A DNA stretch of 64,000 bases from NCBI GenBank assembly GCA_037305845.1, contig CP147778.1, positions 2,656,001 to 2,720,000 of the forward strand. Direction: 5' to 3'. A program made the position numbers and the translations under genes. A model generated the notes under the pieces. The model had not been told where the DNA came from and did no database searches. It saw only the letters and a program-made list of their open reading frames with translations. Below, piece after piece: positions 10,393 to 21,800 of the stretch (position 1 is the first letter of the stretch; the number at the start of each line of letters is the position of its first letter). Origin of the DNA: Candidatus Freyarchaeum deiterrae. GTDB lineage: Archaea; Asgardarchaeota; Jordiarchaeia; Jordiarchaeales; Jordiarchaeaceae.

Positions 10393-10704
10393 ACAATTAC
10401 CTCCAAAGAAACACTAAACAACTAATCGAAGTAGTGAATCACCTTTTTTAACATTATCGGAAACTCCCGGAGAGGATAATCCCTACTTTAGTCCAGCTAA
10501 GTAAGAAAACGATAATGAAAAGTCTTTTTAGTGAAACAGAAACTGCCGGTGCAGTTTTCAGCAAAATGCTAACCGCATCAGGTGAGATGTTGAGGTAGCT
10601 GAAAAAAAGCTTGCCACTAATTTCCATCAATTTTAAAATACTGGAAAAGTAACGCTTTTAACAAATTTTTTAATTTTTATCTAAAAAAATTTTGGGTGTG
10701 TTTT

Positions 10705-10947
10705 TCAGTTTTCGCTTATGGGGTCTACTTGGAAAATCGACCTTCCCTTCCATCTAATAATTTTGACGCAGGCGGCTCCCCCGTATCTCCTCATCAAAAT
10801 TGATAATTTTTTGGAAACACAAAAAACAGTTTTTCCCTTTTTTAACTTTTCAAGAGCATCTATAATATCTCCATTATAATCTACTATCTCATCATCTCGG
10901 GGGTGTCTTAGTTGCCTCTTCCTCTCATCAATATTTCCCACTTCCAT
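10705..10947 (-). CDS. Small hypothetical protein (80 aa)
   Basis: ATG start after purine-rich GAAGGCG; protein-like composition within AT-rich flanks. Confidence 0.55.
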   Translation of the reverse strand: MEVGNIDERKRQLRHPRDDEIVDYNGDIIDALEKLKKGKTVFCVSKKLSILMRRYGGAACVKIIRWKGRSIFQVDPISEN

Positions 10948-11474
10948 AATTACGCCTTCTTCTCACTTGTTGCCCCCGACCGTAGGTCTTGAACAAATCT
11001 TCCATTTTCAACTTCTTACTTATTATTTCCCTTTCTCTTATTTAAATTTATTTTACGTCAGTGGTTCAAAAATTTTTTTTAATATGTTATAAGATTTTTT
11101 CGGATGCATCCTAATCTCAAAATAGATTAAGCATCATAATACTCCTCGGTTCGAAGCCTTTTCACTCACGTTTGGCTTGATGTACAAAAAAATTTTGTGA
11201 TTACTACCATTGTCTCAAACTTAAATTTTTACTAGACACATTCACCCCTTCTAAGTGGCATAGAGCATGTTCTTAAATTTGGAAACATCTTATGCTAAAA
11301 ATGTTAATCATTAACATATAAAAATATAAATTTGGAAAATAGAAAGACAAACTATGCGAGATTAGATGTTCTCGATTAAAAGTGCAATAAATATCTTTTT
11401 TGAGTATCTCATAATAAACCGCTGCTCTATTTTCAGCCGCTTCAGAAATTAATTACTGGTAACATTGATTTATT

Positions 11475-11939
11475 TTATTTTTGGGGAGGACTGAATTTTT
11501 TAACAATATTTTGGGTTTCTTCTAATATTTCTTGGGGTGAGAGTTTTTCCAAATTCTCTTCCAATTTGTTGTACTCTTCAACTGCCTTTTCAAAAATGGG
11601 ATTAGGATTGTGAATCTCATGTACCATATGCTTTCTCGTCTCTATTCCCACAAAAACATTTTCTCTTACTTCATCATCCGTTATTCCAAGATTCTTTTGC
11701 TCTCTCACCAACTCGTCAAGAAAAAGAAACAGCCCTGATCTCACCAGTGTAAGAAGGCGCTTCCTACGATACTCGGGCGTTTCTTGAAAGCCCTCAACCT
11801 CCTTCTCTTTTTTCGGCTTTTTCGTCTTTGGCAAAAAGTCAGGAGGTTCAAAATTATCCCTACTCATAGAAGCAAAATCTCCAACAATCTCATAATCTAT
11901 TACTCGATTAGTCTTCAGTCTTTTATTTAACTTTCGCAA
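11475..11939 (-). CDS. Hypothetical protein (154 aa; start uncertain)
   Basis: Charged, protein-like ORF; no motif recognised. Confidence 0.6.
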   Translation of the reverse strand: MRKLNKRLKTNRVIDYEIVGDFASMSRDNFEPPDFLPKTKKPKKEKEVEGFQETPEYRRKRLLTLVRSGLFLFLDELVREQKNLGITDDEVRENVFVGIETRKHMVHEIHNPNPIFEKAVEEYNKLEENLEKLSPQEILEETQNIVKKFSPPQK

Positions 11940-12244
11940 AAGGATTCATAGGAGATTCTAAATGGATTGTGATGGATTTGAAAGAGTATTTTAAATAAAA
12001 TTTTCTCACGTTGCAGTTCTACAAACCCAATAAGACCAGATAAATCTGAATCACTGAAAAATAAGAAAAAAAACGTTTAAAATGAAAAGGCCGGTTATAC
12101 TCGAAAGCTATTTTTTGTTCATTCATATTTTTTCTTGTCCATATCTCGCGATTCCACTTTGGATGACGCTTATTACGCGAAGCTAACAAATGATGCAAGC
12201 GATTACAAAAAATTAGGGACTAGTCGAGGAGAGCGCCAAAAACT

Positions 12245-13315
12245 CTATCCCAATTTCGGGTAGTCGATATAACCCTTCTCCTCACCCGTGTAAAAGGTAT
12301 GATGATCTGGCGAATTGAGTGGTGCATTTTTCCTGAAGCGTTCAGGTAGGTCTGGGTTAGCCAAGAACAGGGTTGCGAAGGAAATCAGGTCTGCATCTCC
12401 TTTTTCAATAGCTTCGTTTCCGCTAAGGGCATCGTAGCCTCCATTTAAAATAAGTGCCCCTTTGAATATCTCACGAATGATTGGAGCCAATCGCGCATCC
12501 GGTGCTATTTCAAGCGTGCCTGAAACATACTCAACCATGTGAAGATAACCGAGTTTGGTCTTATTCAGCTCCTTCGCTAAATATGAAAAGGTTTCACGTG
12601 GATTAGTATCAGACATCGACCAGAAAGCAAAATGAGGAGAGATTCTGTATCCCACTCTCTTCGGGCCCCAAACACCAATCACTGCCTTAGCGACTTCAAG
12701 AGGAAGACGTGCGCGGTTCGCTAAACTCCCGCCATATTTGTCGGTTCGATGATTGGAGCCGTCTTTCAGGAACTGGTCCAGCAGATATCCATTGGCACCG
12801 TGGATCTCGACGCCATCGAAACCTGCCGCCTTAGCGTTCTCAGCCCCTTTTTTGTATTGTTTAATAATATCCGGTATCTCACTGAGTTCAAGAGCTCTTG
12901 GAGTCACGATTTTCTTTCTGCCCTCTTGGGTAAAAACTTCGCCCTCGACTGGCAGTGCAGAAGGCGCGACAGGGAGTTCGCCACCGTGAAAATCAGGATG
13001 CGACACTCTTCCTACATGCCAGAGTTGGAGGAAAATTTTCCCGCCTGCCTGATGAACGGCGTCAGTCACCTTCTTCCAGCCTTCAACCTGCTCAGGCGAG
13101 TGAATACCCGGAGTACGGATATAACCAACCCCCTGAGGGCTCACCTGGCTACCTTCGGTGATGATGAGGCCGGCAGAAGCTCTTTGAGAGTAATAGGTGG
13201 CGGCTGCCGGATGTGGTACATTGCCGTCAACAGCACGACTACGAGTCATAGGCGCCATCACCATACGGCTTGTGAGTTCGAGTTCGCCCAATTTGTACGG
13301 AGATAAAAGAATCAT
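12245..13315 (-). CDS. nemA: Old yellow enzyme family alkene reductase (N-ethylmaleimide reductase-like)
   Basis: MAPMTRSRA, YYSQRASAGLIITEG, LQLWHVGRVSH, catalytic EIHGANGYLLDQF, NHRTDKYGGS and KGYIDYP motifs. Start placed at MILLSPY (AGGAGG upstream); the track starts at 13348. Confidence 0.95.
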   Translation of the reverse strand: MILLSPYKLGELELTSRMVMAPMTRSRAVDGNVPHPAAATYYSQRASAGLIITEGSQVSPQGVGYIRTPGIHSPEQVEGWKKVTDAVHQAGGKIFLQLWHVGRVSHPDFHGGELPVAPSALPVEGEVFTQEGRKKIVTPRALELSEIPDIIKQYKKGAENAKAAGFDGVEIHGANGYLLDQFLKDGSNHRTDKYGGSLANRARLPLEVAKAVIGVWGPKRVGYRISPHFAFWSMSDTNPRETFSYLAKELNKTKLGYLHMVEYVSGTLEIAPDARLAPIIREIFKGALILNGGYDALSGNEAIEKGDADLISFATLFLANPDLPERFRKNAPLNSPDHHTFYTGEEKGYIDYPKLG

Positions 13316-13515
13316 ACCCAATCCTTCCTCCTTAATTGTTTTTTTCATTTACGAAAAATTATTTACTCTTTTTAATAAGGTTTTTGGGTTGCGTAGAGTC
13401 TTTCCAGAGTTGGACTAGAATCGTTCAATATTTGATAACTTAGTAAATGCAATCATGCTACGTCTCTCACTAAAAACTTCCCATAAAATTACTTAAAATT
13501 TGAATTTCAACTTGA

Positions 13516-14010
13516 TTAGGCAAAACTATACTTAGCTTCCCCTGTAAGATATTTTATTACAACAACCGCAACTATAATTGAAACCAGTCCAATTCCCAAC
13601 AGTAGAGAAGCTAAATAGCTTCCCGCAATTCCAAAAACAAGCAAAGAAGAAACGCTGAGTAACAAAACTGAAATAACGTCCAAAAAGTACAGAATAACAA
13701 ACCACCCAACAATGAAGAGGAAACCCAAACCCACAAGAACAAAAAAACTCCCAAGAGCCAAATAATAAGCCCACATCCTAAGACCCCACAACCCCAAACC
13801 CACAACAAAGCCAAAAACAGCAACGGACACAAACACTAGAGACAACCAATACAACTGAGGAACACCCTGAAAGGGAACAAAAATATTAAAAGACGGAGAA
13901 AAATTCCTAAAAAGCTGGTAACCCCAAACCAAAAACACAGCCGAAACAACAATTACGGAAACCGATAAAATCTGAACACCCAACGGCTTAACCATGAAAA
14001 CACCACACAA
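13516..14010 (-). CDS. Integral membrane protein (about 4 TM helices)
   Basis: KPLGVQILSV...GLGLWGLRMWAY pattern with several hydrophobic spans. Confidence 0.75.
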   Translation of the reverse strand: MCGVFMVKPLGVQILSVSVIVVSAVFLVWGYQLFRNFSPSFNIFVPFQGVPQLYWLSLVFVSVAVFGFVVGLGLWGLRMWAYYLALGSFFVLVGLGFLFIVGWFVILYFLDVISVLLLSVSSLLVFGIAGSYLASLLLGIGLVSIIVAVVVIKYLTGEAKYSFA

Positions 14011-14222
14011 TCACAAACCAAATATCATAACAAATTTATTTAGACTTATCGCAACCAAAATTTATCAAAACAAAACAAACCAGAAAACCCAAAAGCACAC
14101 TTCAAGAGCTTCAAAAATAAATAAAAACCACATTCTTTTTCTTTAGTGGACCATGGACTAAGGTTTTTGGGTCGTGTTTATATTACTGCAACAGTTATAT
14201 TATTGTTAAGAGATGAGAGACG

Positions 14223-15272
14223 ATGGAACGGTACACCGTGAGGGATGTTGCGGTTCGTGTGGCTGATTTTTTGGAAAACCCTCGAACAATAAGCAGTGAA
14301 CCGGGCGTCCTCCTAGGTGAGTTTATTGTCGCCTGCCAAATACTGGGAGTTATAGGCGACTCGGTAGCCGTTCCGACTCTCATAAAGCAGTTGAAGGAAT
14401 GCGGAAGTAACAATGGCTTAACAGCTCGTTACTTTATGAAAGCCGCTGCAGACGCCCTAATAAAAATCGGAGAACAAGCAGTAAAACCACTCACGGAACT
14501 CCTAGAAAATGAACACTCGGAGACGCGGAAGTTCGCTGCCTACGCCCTAGGCAAAATCGGGAACAGAGGAGCGCTCCCGACATTAGAGAAAATTTTTAAC
14601 GACCTTCAAGAATCGGAACTGGTACGAGAAGTTGCAGGCAGAGCGTTGCTGCAGGTGAACCCCCAAAAAGCGGCGGAAATAGTGCAGGCGGACAGACTGA
14701 CACCTACAGAAGATCCCACGGAGCTGCCAAAAATAAAAGACGATTTGAAACTCATAAACCAGTATTACGAATCCCTAGACGACCTAGGACCCCCGTCAGA
14801 ATACCAGTATTCAACGAATCTATACAACTACATTGAAGAAGTGGTTTACGACAATTTATACGAGAGACTCGAGTGGGAGGGCTGCCTCGACCCAGAGAGA
14901 TACAACGAACTTGCCAAAAAGCTGAAGTTACCGCGGGAAATAATCGACAAGGTAGAAAAAATCGACATCCACTTCCTACTATGCCTCTGCGGAGAATACC
15001 TCCAGCGAAGATACGTAGACAAACTGTCAAAAAGAATGTGGGAACTCAACGACGACGAAGGATACCACTTCCAAACCGAAGACGTAATATGCACCTACTG
15101 CGAAAACTGCAAAAGATACACCGCACTCGAAAGAATCACAGACGACGCCCACCCAAACCAGGACGAATTCTACTGGTTCTACCTACCCCGACTCCCAAAC
15201 CAAACCGAACTAATCAACGAAACCGAACTAGAATCAAAACCACCAACATGGAAAAAAGAAATCAACGACTAA
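14223..15272 (+). CDS. HEAT-repeat (PBS lyase-like) protein with Cys-rich C-terminal domain
   Basis: AVPTLIKQL, AAADALIKIGEQAVKPLTELL and RKFAAYALGKIGNRGALPTL repeats; C-terminal CLCG...CTYCENC. Confidence 0.85.
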   Translation: MERYTVRDVAVRVADFLENPRTISSEPGVLLGEFIVACQILGVIGDSVAVPTLIKQLKECGSNNGLTARYFMKAAADALIKIGEQAVKPLTELLENEHSETRKFAAYALGKIGNRGALPTLEKIFNDLQESELVREVAGRALLQVNPQKAAEIVQADRLTPTEDPTELPKIKDDLKLINQYYESLDDLGPPSEYQYSTNLYNYIEEVVYDNLYERLEWEGCLDPERYNELAKKLKLPREIIDKVEKIDIHFLLCLCGEYLQRRYVDKLSKRMWELNDDEGYHFQTEDVICTYCENCKRYTALERITDDAHPNQDEFYWFYLPRLPNQTELINETELESKPPTWKKEIND

Positions 15273-15274
15273 AA

Positions 15275-15495
15275 AGTCTTTTCAGGGTATCAAAAACAGT
15301 ACTAAAAAGAATAGCCAGATGAACCTCAGGGATATAAGTGTAGCTAAGCACCCTTAGTCTCACTCCAAGCTCCAACCCCGCTCATCAAAAAGCCTCACGA
15401 CGAGCAGGATCAAAGGCCTCATAAAAACTCTTCCTCAACCTGCTAAGAACCACATCAAGCTCAGCACGAAAAGCAACAGTCGTCCTAACCCAAAA
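15275..15495 (-). pseudogene. Relic of a small archaeal GRT-x-x-x-FR helical protein (family usually encoded beside PolB2)
   Basis: Reads (W)VRTTVAFRAELDVVLSRLRKSFYEAFDPARREAF* and continues after frameshifts (GAWSE, VLSYTYIPE). Family call is from memory of the motif. Confidence 0.4.
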
Positions 15496-15612
15496 CAAAC
15501 TCCAATAAACTATCGAAATATACAGTCTCAAGAAAACTCGGATTTTCCAAGCATATTTAGAATAAAAACTGCGTTTAACTTAGAAAAGAAGTGTGAAACC
15601 GCTTTTTTTCTA

Positions 15613-16794
15613 TTAATAATTATACAGTTTCAGGTCTCCTTTACTATCGATGGTCAGATAACAGTTCGGATTAAGCGTAAGCCAGCAAGCCGCATTCGCT
15701 ACTAGGTTCCCCTTATTGGGATCAATGGGAACATGAGTATGCCCGAATACCAAATAATCGTCCTTCCCAAGTTTTTTTCCAAACACATTCTCGTATTTAC
15801 TTCGAAGCTTCTCCTCATAACTCATGCCCTTTTTGTAATACTTAATTTCCTTCTCATACTCATTAACTAACTCCGAAACATCAATCCCAAGAGCCGGACT
15901 CACGTATTGAAAGACTCCGCCCTGCCGTAGTTCCTTTTTAAAAAGTTCCTCTAGGGGATTTTGGGTTTTTACCCTTTCCTCTGGAGACAGTAAAGTATAG
16001 TTGCAAAGTTCCTTAAATCCTTCCTCTCCAAGGGACTCCAATATGGTGGATTCAAGCAGTTGTTCTTTTTGTTTAGGTTTTAACCCGTTGATTTCTTTAA
16101 ACAATTCGGGGCTCTTAGTTTCCATCACGTGGAATCCTTTAGTGCCGAGTTTTCCTTTTTCTATCAATTTACTTACAGGTAAATCTGTAAGTTTCTTCTT
16201 GAGTTGCTGAAAAAAATCCCATATCTCACTAGCTATCCGACCTCTATCTTCACCCAATGAACACAGACAAAGATAAAGATCCTCATACAGAGGCCTCAAT
16301 ATCGGGTACCCAAGTTCAGTTAATTGATATCCATGAATGAACTTGAAGTTCTTCCCATTGATTGGAGGAAGAACGTACTCATCAGGAATGTACTCGAAAT
16401 ATTGTTTTTTATTTTTCACATTCATATTCTTGAGTATATTTAAGCCCCTTTTATTTATAGTATCATCTTTGTCACTACCATTCGGCCAAGTCATTACCTC
16501 AAGGTCGAAGTCGTGGTTTCCTACTACATAGATCTTATGCTCAACATTCGTTAGGCTAAGTAATTGTTCAAGGATGTCCCTATTTTCGTCTATTACCGTT
16601 TCGTTATCTCTTCTCCAGAATTCTAGCATATCCCCTAACAAGATGAGATATTCAATACTATGTTTTTTTAGAAATTTAATAAGAAAGGCATTAAATTTTT
16701 TTTTGTCACACTCTTCTTTACCATTTGAATAGGCTTTATACCCTAAATGGACATCTGAGACTACAACTGCCTTATATTCTGATTTCTCCAACAT
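15613..16794 (-). CDS. Calcineurin-like metallophosphoesterase (LpxH-like) with large helical insertion
   Basis: SDVHLG, LLGD, VGNHD, IHG and FGHTH motifs. Confidence 0.92.
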   Translation of the reverse strand: MLEKSEYKAVVVSDVHLGYKAYSNGKEECDKKKFNAFLIKFLKKHSIEYLILLGDMLEFWRRDNETVIDENRDILEQLLSLTNVEHKIYVVGNHDFDLEVMTWPNGSDKDDTINKRGLNILKNMNVKNKKQYFEYIPDEYVLPPINGKNFKFIHGYQLTELGYPILRPLYEDLYLCLCSLGEDRGRIASEIWDFFQQLKKKLTDLPVSKLIEKGKLGTKGFHVMETKSPELFKEINGLKPKQKEQLLESTILESLGEEGFKELCNYTLLSPEERVKTQNPLEELFKKELRQGGVFQYVSPALGIDVSELVNEYEKEIKYYKKGMSYEEKLRSKYENVFGKKLGKDDYLVFGHTHVPIDPNKGNLVANAACWLTLNPNCYLTIDSKGDLKLYNY

Positions 16795-16838
16795 GAAACC
16801 CCCTAATATATTTCCCTCATTTACTAAAAATTTCCATA

Positions 16839-17381
16839 TTAGCTATAGTCAAAGCTCTCATCCTTCAAATAAATAAATTTGTCGCCCTTTTCATTACATT
16901 CAATTACTCTCTCCTCTAGTTTAAGAATTAGATCGGTATATTTTAAACAGTAATAACCATCCTTCTCCTCCATTTTAAAATATTCTTTAGAAAGGTCGAT
17001 ATTTTTGTTCTCTGTTAGTATTTTTTGTTTTGCCTTCTCCTCTTCCTTCTCATATGTATAAAACTTAAAACAATCTTCTGTAGGTTTATCCCTCATACAG
17101 AGATGACAACTACTGAAGTCAAAAGGCGGAAGAAAATTCTAGCATTTAGCACAACAAGTAGGCTCGTATTTATGAGCAGTCACCCCTCCACCTTTGCAAT
17201 TATGGTCTTTGTTTTTACAAATGAATATTTTCACTTTTCCCTCTTCCAAAGGATATTTTTTATCCAGAAATTTTTTTATTAGACTTTTCCCTTCTTCCGA
17301 TAGAACCCTTAAAGTTAGTTCCTGTTCTTCTGGGCTACTAGGTTTGTGTAATTGTTCGTGGAATCTAGGCATCACTATCAC
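16839..17381 (-). pseudogene. Cys-rich (probable zinc-binding) protein interrupted by one in-frame TAG
   Basis: The 80-aa and 85-aa ORFs share a frame: ...TCCAKC-TAG-NFLPPFDFSSCHLC-MRDKPTEDC..., with 14 sense codons between the stop and the second ATG. Confidence 0.7.
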
Positions 17382-17979
17382 TCCTTAAATTCACTTTTAA
17401 GAAAATTTCTAATTCTTCTACAGTCGGATTTATGCTCAGAAATTTTTTTAGGATTTCTTCCCACCGTTTATTACCTGGTCTGTGTAACTTTTTTTTAATA
17501 CATTCTAATGTTTCTAGTTCTCCACCCCAATCATACCGAATATAATAGCCCGCCGTAATTTCATCAAAGACTTTATCAAACCTACTCTTACCCGGACAAA
17601 TTCCCCCATCACCGAAATCTGTAAAGGGATAAAGAGAGCACCCTGTAGGTCTGGCAGAGTATATTGAACATTTTTTATCTTCGGTAAGAAATAGACATGG
17701 GGATTCAGAGTGAAATGGCTTATACGAAACTCCGCCCTTCTCTACTTTTGCTTCAGAACCTATGTATTTATTTATAAAATCCGCTACCCCCTGATTTCCT
17801 ATGTAACCCAGAAATTTAGCAGCCCTTACTATATCTTCATTAGACCACTCCACGTTCCTAGTGCAACACTTTCCGCAGAGCTTTTCGCAAACAAATGGTA
17901 TTACTACCCCGAAAGCACCCTCGAATTCAGGATGGATTATAATTAATTCGAATAAAAACTTATTCAATCTATCACTCAT
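17365..17979 (-). CDS. YkgJ family cysteine-cluster (Fe-S/Zn) protein
   Basis: FVCEKLCGKCC...PCLFL...CSIYSARPTGCSLYPF...CPG. Confidence 0.92.
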   Translation of the reverse strand: MSDRLNKFLFELIIIHPEFEGAFGVVIPFVCEKLCGKCCTRNVEWSNEDIVRAAKFLGYIGNQGVADFINKYIGSEAKVEKGGVSYKPFHSESPCLFLTEDKKCSIYSARPTGCSLYPFTDFGDGGICPGKSRFDKVFDEITAGYYIRYDWGGELETLECIKKKLHRPGNKRWEEILKKFLSINPTVEELEIFLKVNLRSDSDA

Positions 17980-18434
17980 ATCCCTTTCAAATTCCTCATA
18001 GTTCGTTATTCAATCACCCCTATTTTTCTCCAATTTCCAATCATGAAATAGGCATAATCTACAGAAAATTTTCTTGGGTTATAGGGAATACTATATACCA
18101 CAATTTTCTTATAGTATACGATGAGGAATACTGTAATTTTTTATAGGATTTATTTAAAATTGAAAACAAACTACGGTAGAATATTCTAATTTTCTTATAA
18201 TATAGTATTCATTTTTTACCTTTTTGTTATAACACTCTAATACTCAAAAAGAAAATAAAAAGCAGCAAGTTTTTAAAACCAACCCTCTAAAACAAAAAGG
18301 GAAACCATTGAATTTCTATTACCTAAGCAAACACCACTAAGATGTTGAGAGAAAGACCTTATCCTCGTTTATAAAAAAATTTAAATACCTAAAAAATTCT
18401 CAACAATAACAACATAAGCGGAAAGGGAGATTAA

Positions 18435-18746
18435 ATGAATATTGGAAAATGGGGCGGGCGTTCAATAGCTCTCGCAGTAGTGTTATTCCTGCTGGGAATA
18501 TTATTCAAATTAATTTCCTCAAAAGCATACTCCCAAGCGTTCTACGCATCCTTCTACTACTACAGCTTACCAACCACCCCTTACCCCAGCCCCCCGGGAA
18601 TTCCTTATAACCTTTACACGATGTTAGTTGACCTACCTCAGGCGATAGGTTGGGGTGACTCATACAATCTAGCTTTTTTAGTTTTATTTATCATTTCAGC
18701 ATTACTCCTAACCGCCAGCATCATACTAATTTACAGGAACAAGTAG
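18435..18746 (+). CDS. Small membrane protein (2 TM helices)
   Basis: GGGAG SD and TTTAAATA box upstream; two hydrophobic helices flank a Tyr/Pro-rich loop. Confidence 0.7.
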   Translation: MNIGKWGGRSIALAVVLFLLGILFKLISSKAYSQAFYASFYYYSLPTTPYPSPPGIPYNLYTMLVDLPQAIGWGDSYNLAFLVLFIISALLLTASIILIYRNK

Positions 18747-18868
18747 CAACACTCAAGAGCTACCCCCATTTTTTATACAAAAATCTATGCACAGAATCAT
18801 AAAGCATATTCTACTTTTCTAGCTATTATTAAAAAAGAGGAAGATGGGGAAATAGAAATAAGAAATAT

Positions 18869-21800
18869 TTGTCAATCCTCGTTACTGAGGAACTTTTTTT
18901 GCAAGTATAGTTTCATAGATATATTTTTACTATTCATAGACTTCTTTCAATCCTCGTTACTGAGGAACTTCTTTTGCAAGTCATAGATCCAAACACCGCA
19001 CTACTAGAGTTACAAACTTTCAATCCTCGTTACTGAGGAACTTCTTTTGCAAGATTCAACAAATAAAATAGAGGAGAAAGAGAAGAATGCCTTTCAATCC
19101 TCGTTACTGAGGAACTTCTTTTGCAAGCAGAAGGAGAAGCGGATTGAAGTATTGGCTCTAATAGACTTTCAATCCTCGTTACTGAGGAACTTCTTTTGCA
19201 AGGGATAAAGGCTGATACAGCACATTCAGAGCATCTAACCACTTTCAATCCTCGTTACTGAGGAACTTCTTTTGCAAGTTGGTGCTCAGGATCCTAAAAT
19301 GATTACGCCTATAATACTTTCAATCCTCGTTACTGAGGAACTTCTTTTGCAAGTAAAATGTTCGAAAAAAAGAATAGTTTATAGGTAAAAACTTTCAATC
19401 CTCGTTACTGAGGAACTTCTTTTGCAAGATAGGTGTGGGGTTGATGAACGCCGGTATGTATATGCCTTTCAATCCTCGTTACTGAGGAACTTCTTTTGCA
19501 AGTACTTCAGCGGAACATTGGCTGCGAATGGTTCAGTTCCTACTTTCAATCCTCGTTACTGAGGAACTACTTTTGCAAGGTTTTTTCGATGAGTTAAATT
19601 TAGACTTGTTGTAAAAGCTTTCAATCCTCGTTACTGAGGAACTACTTTTGCAAGTGAAACTGCAACGAAGAGAGAACATGTACCACTCAAGCTTTCAATC
19701 CTCGTTACTGAGGAACTACTTTTGCAAGTGTAAAAATGTTAGTTCTGCTAGTTATTCTCTTCCAAAACTTTCAATCCTCGTTACTGAGGAACTACTTTTG
19801 CAAGCTAAAAAGAAAAAATGAAAGAAAATTGAATAAAAAGCTTTCAATCCTCGTTACTGAGGAACTACTTTTGCAAGTCTTTTTTTATTTAAATAATTCT
19901 TCTAGTTTGAAAGTACTTTCAATCCTCGTTACTGAGGAACTACTTTTGCAAGCTTCTTCAAAACTATCTATCGCCTCCGACAGAAAAATACTTTCAATCC
20001 TCGTTACTGAGGAACTACTTTTGCAAGGTAATAATCCGTCAAATTGCTTACGCCGTAGCAGTTGTACTTTCAATCCTCGTTACTGAGGAACTACTTTTGC
20101 AAGAATTCAAAGGAACAACATACATTCAGAACACCACACAGACCTTTCAATCCTCGTTACTGAGGAACTACTTTTGCAAGTCAGTGTGAGGAGTCCCGCG
20201 AAATCCGCTGGATCTACTTTCAATCCTCGTTACTGAGGAACTACTTTTGCAAGACTATGACGCAGTAATCCAACAACTCATCAAAGAAATCCTTTCAATC
20301 CTCGTTACTGAGGAACTACTTTTGCAAGGTTTCTATGCTTAACCAAGAATCCTAGTCTTTATAGTTACTTTCAATCCTCGTTACTGAGGAACTACTTTTG
20401 CAAGGACTTTTTTATTTATTTTTTCAAGTAACTTATCTATACTTTCAATCCTCGTTACTGAGGAACTACTTTTGCAAGTATCTAACTGTGAGGAGGCAGC
20501 AAAATAGTGGATAAGCCTTTCAATCCTCGTTACTGAGGAACTACTTTTGCAAGATATATCTGCTAATATCCACAAGGTGAGCAGCTTCACCCTTTCAATC
20601 CTCGTTACTGAGGAACTACTTTTGCAAGCTCGGTCTTGGAGCTTTCGTAATTTCCAATATTTCTTTCAATCCTCGTTACTGAGGAACTACTTTTGCAAGA
20701 AAGGGAGAAAAGACAGAGACAAGCGATTCATAATATTCTTTCAATCCTCGTTACTGAGGAACTACTTTTGCAAGTATGGGCAGCAACGTTACAAACACTA
20801 TGATTCTTAACTTTCAATCCTCGTTACTGAGGAACTACTTTTGCAAGCTAGTATTTACATTCCTTCGGTTTGGCAGTGGCAGCTATCTTTCAATCCTCGT
20901 TACTGAGGAACTACTTTTGCAAGATATAGCGAAGCATTCACCCAACTTGTGACGCTCTCTTTCAATCCTCGTTACTGAGGAACTACTTTTGCAAGAAAAA
21001 TGAGTCTCGGAACAGGAGCCGCAGTGTTCATAGCTTTCAATCCTCGTTACTGAGGAACTACTTTTGCAAGTAATGAAGTATGGACTTATGACGGTATATA
21101 CCTAAAACCTTTCAATCCTCGTTACTGAGGAACTACTTTTGCAAGTTGCATACGCACTTCTAATCTGGGTCAAACTTTTGACACTTTCAATCCTCGTTAC
21201 TGAGGAACTACTTTTGCAAGATATCTCAGACTAGTACCATAGATGCGTATATAGCTTTCAATCCTCGTTACTGAGGAACTACTTTTGCAAGCTACTACCA
21301 GCTTATCGGTGACGCGGCGAACTACTTGCTTTCAATCCTCGTTACTGAGGAACTACTTTTGCAAGACAGAATCGGGTTACGCTCTCCAGGTTAATTCCGC
21401 TACTTTCAATCCTCGTTACTGAGGAACTACTTTTGCAAGTAAATGTGGCTAGTGCTCCTTGGCAGGCTTTTTTTGTTGCTTTCAATCCTCGTTACTGAGG
21501 AACTACTTTTGCAAGTAGTACACCAACTATTCTAGTTATTACTAAAACTAGGGCTTTCAATCCTCGTTACTGAGGAACTACTTTTGCAAGAATTTGGTGA
21601 ATTTGATAGAGAAATTTGTAGATATTACTTTCAATCCTCGTTACTGAGGAACTACTTTTGCAAGGAATAATACGCCTTTTGACCCTTATTTTTCAATTGA
21701 AGCTTTCAATCCTCGTTACTGAGGAACTACTTTTGCAAGGCTTTTCGCGGCGTAAAGTGCAGATTGTAAAACTTGGCCTTTCAATCCTCGTTACTGAGGA

